DNA of 64,000 nt from Eutreptiella sp. 'Long Island Sound 2002' (lineage: Eukaryota > Protista > Euglenida). The translations under genes were made by a program, and so were the position numbers. The notes under the pieces are model-generated. The model was given only the letters and a program-made list of their open reading frames with translations, ran no database searches and had not been told where the DNA came from. How positions within the stretch are numbered: position 1 is the stretch's first letter; the number at the start of each line of letters is the position of its first letter. Where the stretch lies: assembly GCA_964036045.1 (NCBI GenBank), contig OZ038378.1:182962001-183026000 (forward strand), given 5' to 3'. Positions 60,094 to 64,000 of the stretch are shown here, piece after piece.

Positions 60094-63000
60094 GTACAAG
60101 CCACCAACCCTCTCCAATCCTCCTCAAACGCCCGAACCTCACCAGCTACATCTGTGTCCACTGCCCTCTCCGACTCCAACTTTCCAATCACTCTGGGGCC
60201 GCCATCCACCCAACCATCTTCAATCCTCCCTACCCCTCACCATCTCCCAAAGCCCATTCTGCCAGCCCTCCACAGCTCTCTCTCCAACTCTTTCCAACCC
60301 ACCTGCTGTGCTCCAATCCGGTGCAACTGTCCTTCACTGTCCCCCAACGGGACACATAACAACAGTTTATTGGTGGGGTTTGAGGGCACTTCAGGGGATG
60401 CATGAACACACTAAATTGGTTGGGTTTGAGGGCGCTTAGTGGGATGCATAAATTCAGTGAAGTCGGCGGGTTTGAGGTTGCTTATTGGGACTCACAAATA
60501 CAGTCCATTGGTGGGGTTCGAGGGCCCTTAGTGCGACACAAACCCACAAGCAAGAGATCAAGATTGGGTGCATGCAACGTGCTGTTGTCTTGAATGCCTG
60601 GAATTGATTGGGCAGCAGGTGCCCTTAAATATGATTTTTACCCACCCGAACACCCGCCACCCCCCGCCCCCCCAGTGCCTGCGGCTAGAAATCCTCCCAC
60701 AACCATCCCCCCACCTAGTGCTCAGATTCTTCATGTCCCTGAACCCAGACCCAAAGCGGCACATGGAGGCAGTGTGGCAGGCTTGGCACTAACTACAACT
60801 CCCTTTCCAATGATCGGCTTTCTTTTTGTGGCAATGGACCATGGAAAAGACTGACGGTTGGTCTAAGGCTGGCAAAGTAGCAACCAGCAGGCACAGCCTG
60901 CCCGCTCCACGGGGTATAGGAAACTGTTCAGCATGCAGTGTCAGGGTGTCGATACGTCACGGTGGCCGTCCACCAAGCACACCACTGCCTTGGGCCGGCG
61001 GTAACACCTGACGGATCGCATAGTGACCTGACTGTCACAACGTGGGGCCAGCCATTGATCTCCCTCACCACCCCCTTGGAACTGGCACTGTGGTCAGCTG
61101 CTTGGGCGTCATGGTCTCTGCACTGTGCCTTCAAGCTGCACAACTCAGGGTCATTTTCCAAGTTCCGTTGGTGTCTGTGCGCCGGGAAATTTATGATGGC
61201 GGGGGGGGGGGGGACTGTTGTAAGATACCTGTGTTATCCAATGACTGCAATGCTTGCACAAGCAGCGATGTTTCTGTGGCTGGGAGGGTGGGGTCTGGAT
61301 ATTCTTCCCACCCCCATAAGACCTTGATGCACATTGCTGGCGGCTCAGTACAGGGCGATCATAGACCAATATTCAAGGGACGGATGGGACATGGTCTTCA
61401 CAGATGGGTCCTCAGAGAAGCACCCGGAAATTGGGTAGTCGGCACCCCCTACGCTCGCAAGAGAGGCCAGTCCGGTAGTGTGCTTTTGATGCCCCCAGGA
61501 CTAACAGGGCTATAGCGCCGCAACCTGGGAGCTTTCCCAGGTGAGTCTACAAGGCAGGGATGCACTCAGCGTGCCCTGGAACCCCTTCGACTGCCTTGTG
61601 GACGCCCAAGCCGTGGGAGTGTGGGACTCAGCCATCACAGGTAACACTACTCGCAGGTTAGTCAAGAAGGAGCGCGAGCCCCCCCCTAGTCGTGCCCCAT
61701 GTGCTGATGCCCCTGTGCGATTGCAGTCGTGGGGACCCGGCAGCCTGTCCCTATGACCTGGAGGTTGCGATGCCCTGGCCCACGTCTCCTCAGTGGGCTC
61801 AGCACAAGGCTCCCAGGCATCCCCGCCTGGAGCACCATGCCACATTTACCCCCCGCACGCAAGAACCCTCCCTGCCCAACCTGCCCCACACACGCATGAA
61901 ACGACAGCAGACCAGCAAGCATGTAAGGAATGCAATTGAATGAGACACCAGCTGGGCCATGTGTTTGGGCCCTGCATGTGGGCCAGGCAGGGCTTGCACG
62001 TAAAACCGGTCATGCTTTGGGCCCCACCATGTTGCCAATGCCCCAGGGGAGTAGGGCCCGATGGTGCCCTGTGCAAGTGGTCCCCCCTTCCCCCTGCGCA
62101 CGCATACAAACAGGACAGCAGTGTCTGCCGCTCACCAACGCTCCGGTGTGGTCTGGAGGTTGTGGATAGTCCGCTCAGCCTTGGAAACGGACAGTCAGGT
62201 TGTTCAGCCTCATCGTTGGGCAAGGAAGGAAGCCTAGGCGCAAGACCTTGCTCCTGCATGAGGCACCCCCACCACCACCCCGCCAAAGCAAGCCACACTC
62301 CCGGATTACGGATTAGAGGAGGGTCTCTGGGGCTATAGTGACCAGGTGTGGAGCACCACACCACAAGGCTCTGGGGCTCTCTTTTGGGTAGGGGTATGCT
62401 AACGGCGTTGAGGGTAAGTGCCTTGGTTTAAAACGCTACCCCTTTGCCCCTGTGCAATTTCTTCGTTCTTGAGTGCCCATAGAGTGTTGCCCCAAGTGGA
62501 GTCACCCAATGGGAGTAGCCTAGGGGAGTAGCTGGGGTTTCCCAAGGACAAGCTTTCTGGATTTAAAAGGGGTGTGTACTTTAGCCGACTGCCTCTCTCT
62601 CCCCCACCCACCCCACCTAGTGTACATTAGTAGATTCCTCCCTCTATTCCCCTCCTCTCCTCTCCATCCTTCCCTCTCCTTGCTTCCAGAAGATTGGCGT
62701 TAGGGAGACTCGAGAACTCTTTTTTGGATGCATCTCCTTGCAACTCACGCCCCTGCAGAGGGAAGCGAGGAACAAGAAAACATTGAGGGACAAGAAAACA
62801 TCCAACAAGAGGGAATCACAGGGGAGCTGCAGATGCAAGAGGACAAACCCCCCACCCCAACCTCCTCCCTAGCAAACAGTGACCCCCCTCCGACTCCCAA
62901 TAGGTAAAGGGAGAGCAAGAACACTATCAATCAACATAGGAGACTGGGTGCTTTTACCCTTGTGGGATGTGGAGGTATGCACCCCGGTACAACTCCTCAA

Positions 63001-63734
63001 GTGGCACCCCTCAGATTTCCCTTGCCCAAAGGGTGTTTAGGCCACCCCGATGGCAGTTGCATTTACCAAGGGGGCCATGTGCCCTGAACACAAATACCAG
63101 CCCATCCCACTTGCTGACCTTAGGACTCCTCCCCCTCCCAACCACTTGGTCCTCTTTGGGCCCCAAGAACCCCAACACGAGTTTGCCCCTCAGTTGTCGG
63201 AGATTGTAAGAATCGTTTTCCGGGTATACCACCATGGATGAACAAGTGGCATGCGCCCCAGCCAAGCCTCTGTCGTGGCAAAGGGGTCACTCTGAAAAAG
63301 CACTTCGGAGGGCAATATAAGCAGTGATTAGTTTGAATTCTTTTCCTCTTGTTAGTTTGGGTTGATGCAGGCAACAAGATTCCTGAAGGTTAGCTGTAGG
63401 GTGCGACCAAAAAAGGTCCGCAAGGTTCGATTGAGGTTGCTGAAAGAAAAATTCCTGAAGGTTAGATACCCGGGGGGGCGGCCGGGCACAGTCCTTGTAT
63501 GCGACCCCCCCCAGCCCCCCCCCCCCCCCCCCCCCGGGTTTTGAAAGATAGTGGTGCCAGGTCGGCCACCAACAAGTGTCTCTAGAGAAAATTGTCCGGC
63601 GCCGAAGGCGCCAATTTTTTTTTTTCATACTATGTGTTTATACTCAAAATACTCAAAATTTTGTAGAGAAATCATATTTGTGTTAAAACAACAAGGAAGG
63701 AGGGCTACAGGAGGGCTGCAGGCCCTAACAGCAA

Positions 63735-63812
63735 CCACAACCCTAGCCCTAACCCTAGCCCTAACCCTAATCAAGACTGAATATTGGGACCGAGCTGGTG
63801 GGGGAGGGAACA
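63735..63812. repeat. Family B copy 4, followed by family A as at 5737-6000
   Basis: accctagccctaaccctagccctaaccctaat CAAGACTGAATATTGGGACCGAGCTGGTGGGGGAGGGAACAT. Confidence 0.88.
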
Positions 63813-64000
63813 TTAGATATGAATGGTGAGGGACACCAATGAGTTACACATTGAAGGCCGTTGACAGGGTGGAATCAGCTTGCAAGTGATCCCCTTCACC
63901 ACAAGGCCCACTTTCAAGGCTTTTGTGGACTTGTGAGGGGCCAAAATGCCCCAAAATGGGCTCAAAATAGGCTCATTTCACCCGTTTGTGCACCCCAAAT

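Noticed and set aside
1-64000. rRNA, tRNA, spliced-leader RNA or prokaryotic operon/defence system
   Set aside because: No recognisable signatures found by eye; genes have spliceosomal introns. A covariance-model search would be needed to exclude small RNAs.

Overview
Repeat-rich eukaryotic nuclear DNA whose features fit a euglenid (Euglenozoa). The evidence is GT-AG introns alongside a probable non-conventional fold-back intron, pyrimidine-AG sites just before start codons, and G/C-homopolymer-rich dispersed repeats. The taxon is my inference, not a database result. Genes I can support: (1) an intronless signal-peptide/Cys-repeat/TM/RING protein (8492-9442); (2) part of an LRR protein on the minus strand (~16.9-17.2 kb); (3) a large CUB/mucin/EGF/TM protein ending in an ALK/LTK-type glycine-rich domain (18081-33826, frameshifted), split by a ~9 kb intron with inverted-repeat ends; (4) a GH27 alpha-galactosidase with a 7.4 kb intron (36362-45378); (5) an M14 zinc carboxypeptidase with an apparent beta-sandwich insert, whose 3' end I could not find (51872->60093). 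Orphan fragments of a histidine kinase, an amidohydrolase and an IRE1-like kinase are also present. The rest is nested mobile or repetitive DNA: two insertions with 14- and 20-bp target-site duplications hitting the same repeat family, a TIR element carrying a double PHD-like ORF, TA-flanked MITEs, decayed DIRS/Ngaro-like retroelement pieces, a telomeric-repeat-headed dispersed repeat, and minisatellites. I recognised no rRNA, tRNA, SL-RNA or CRISPR array.
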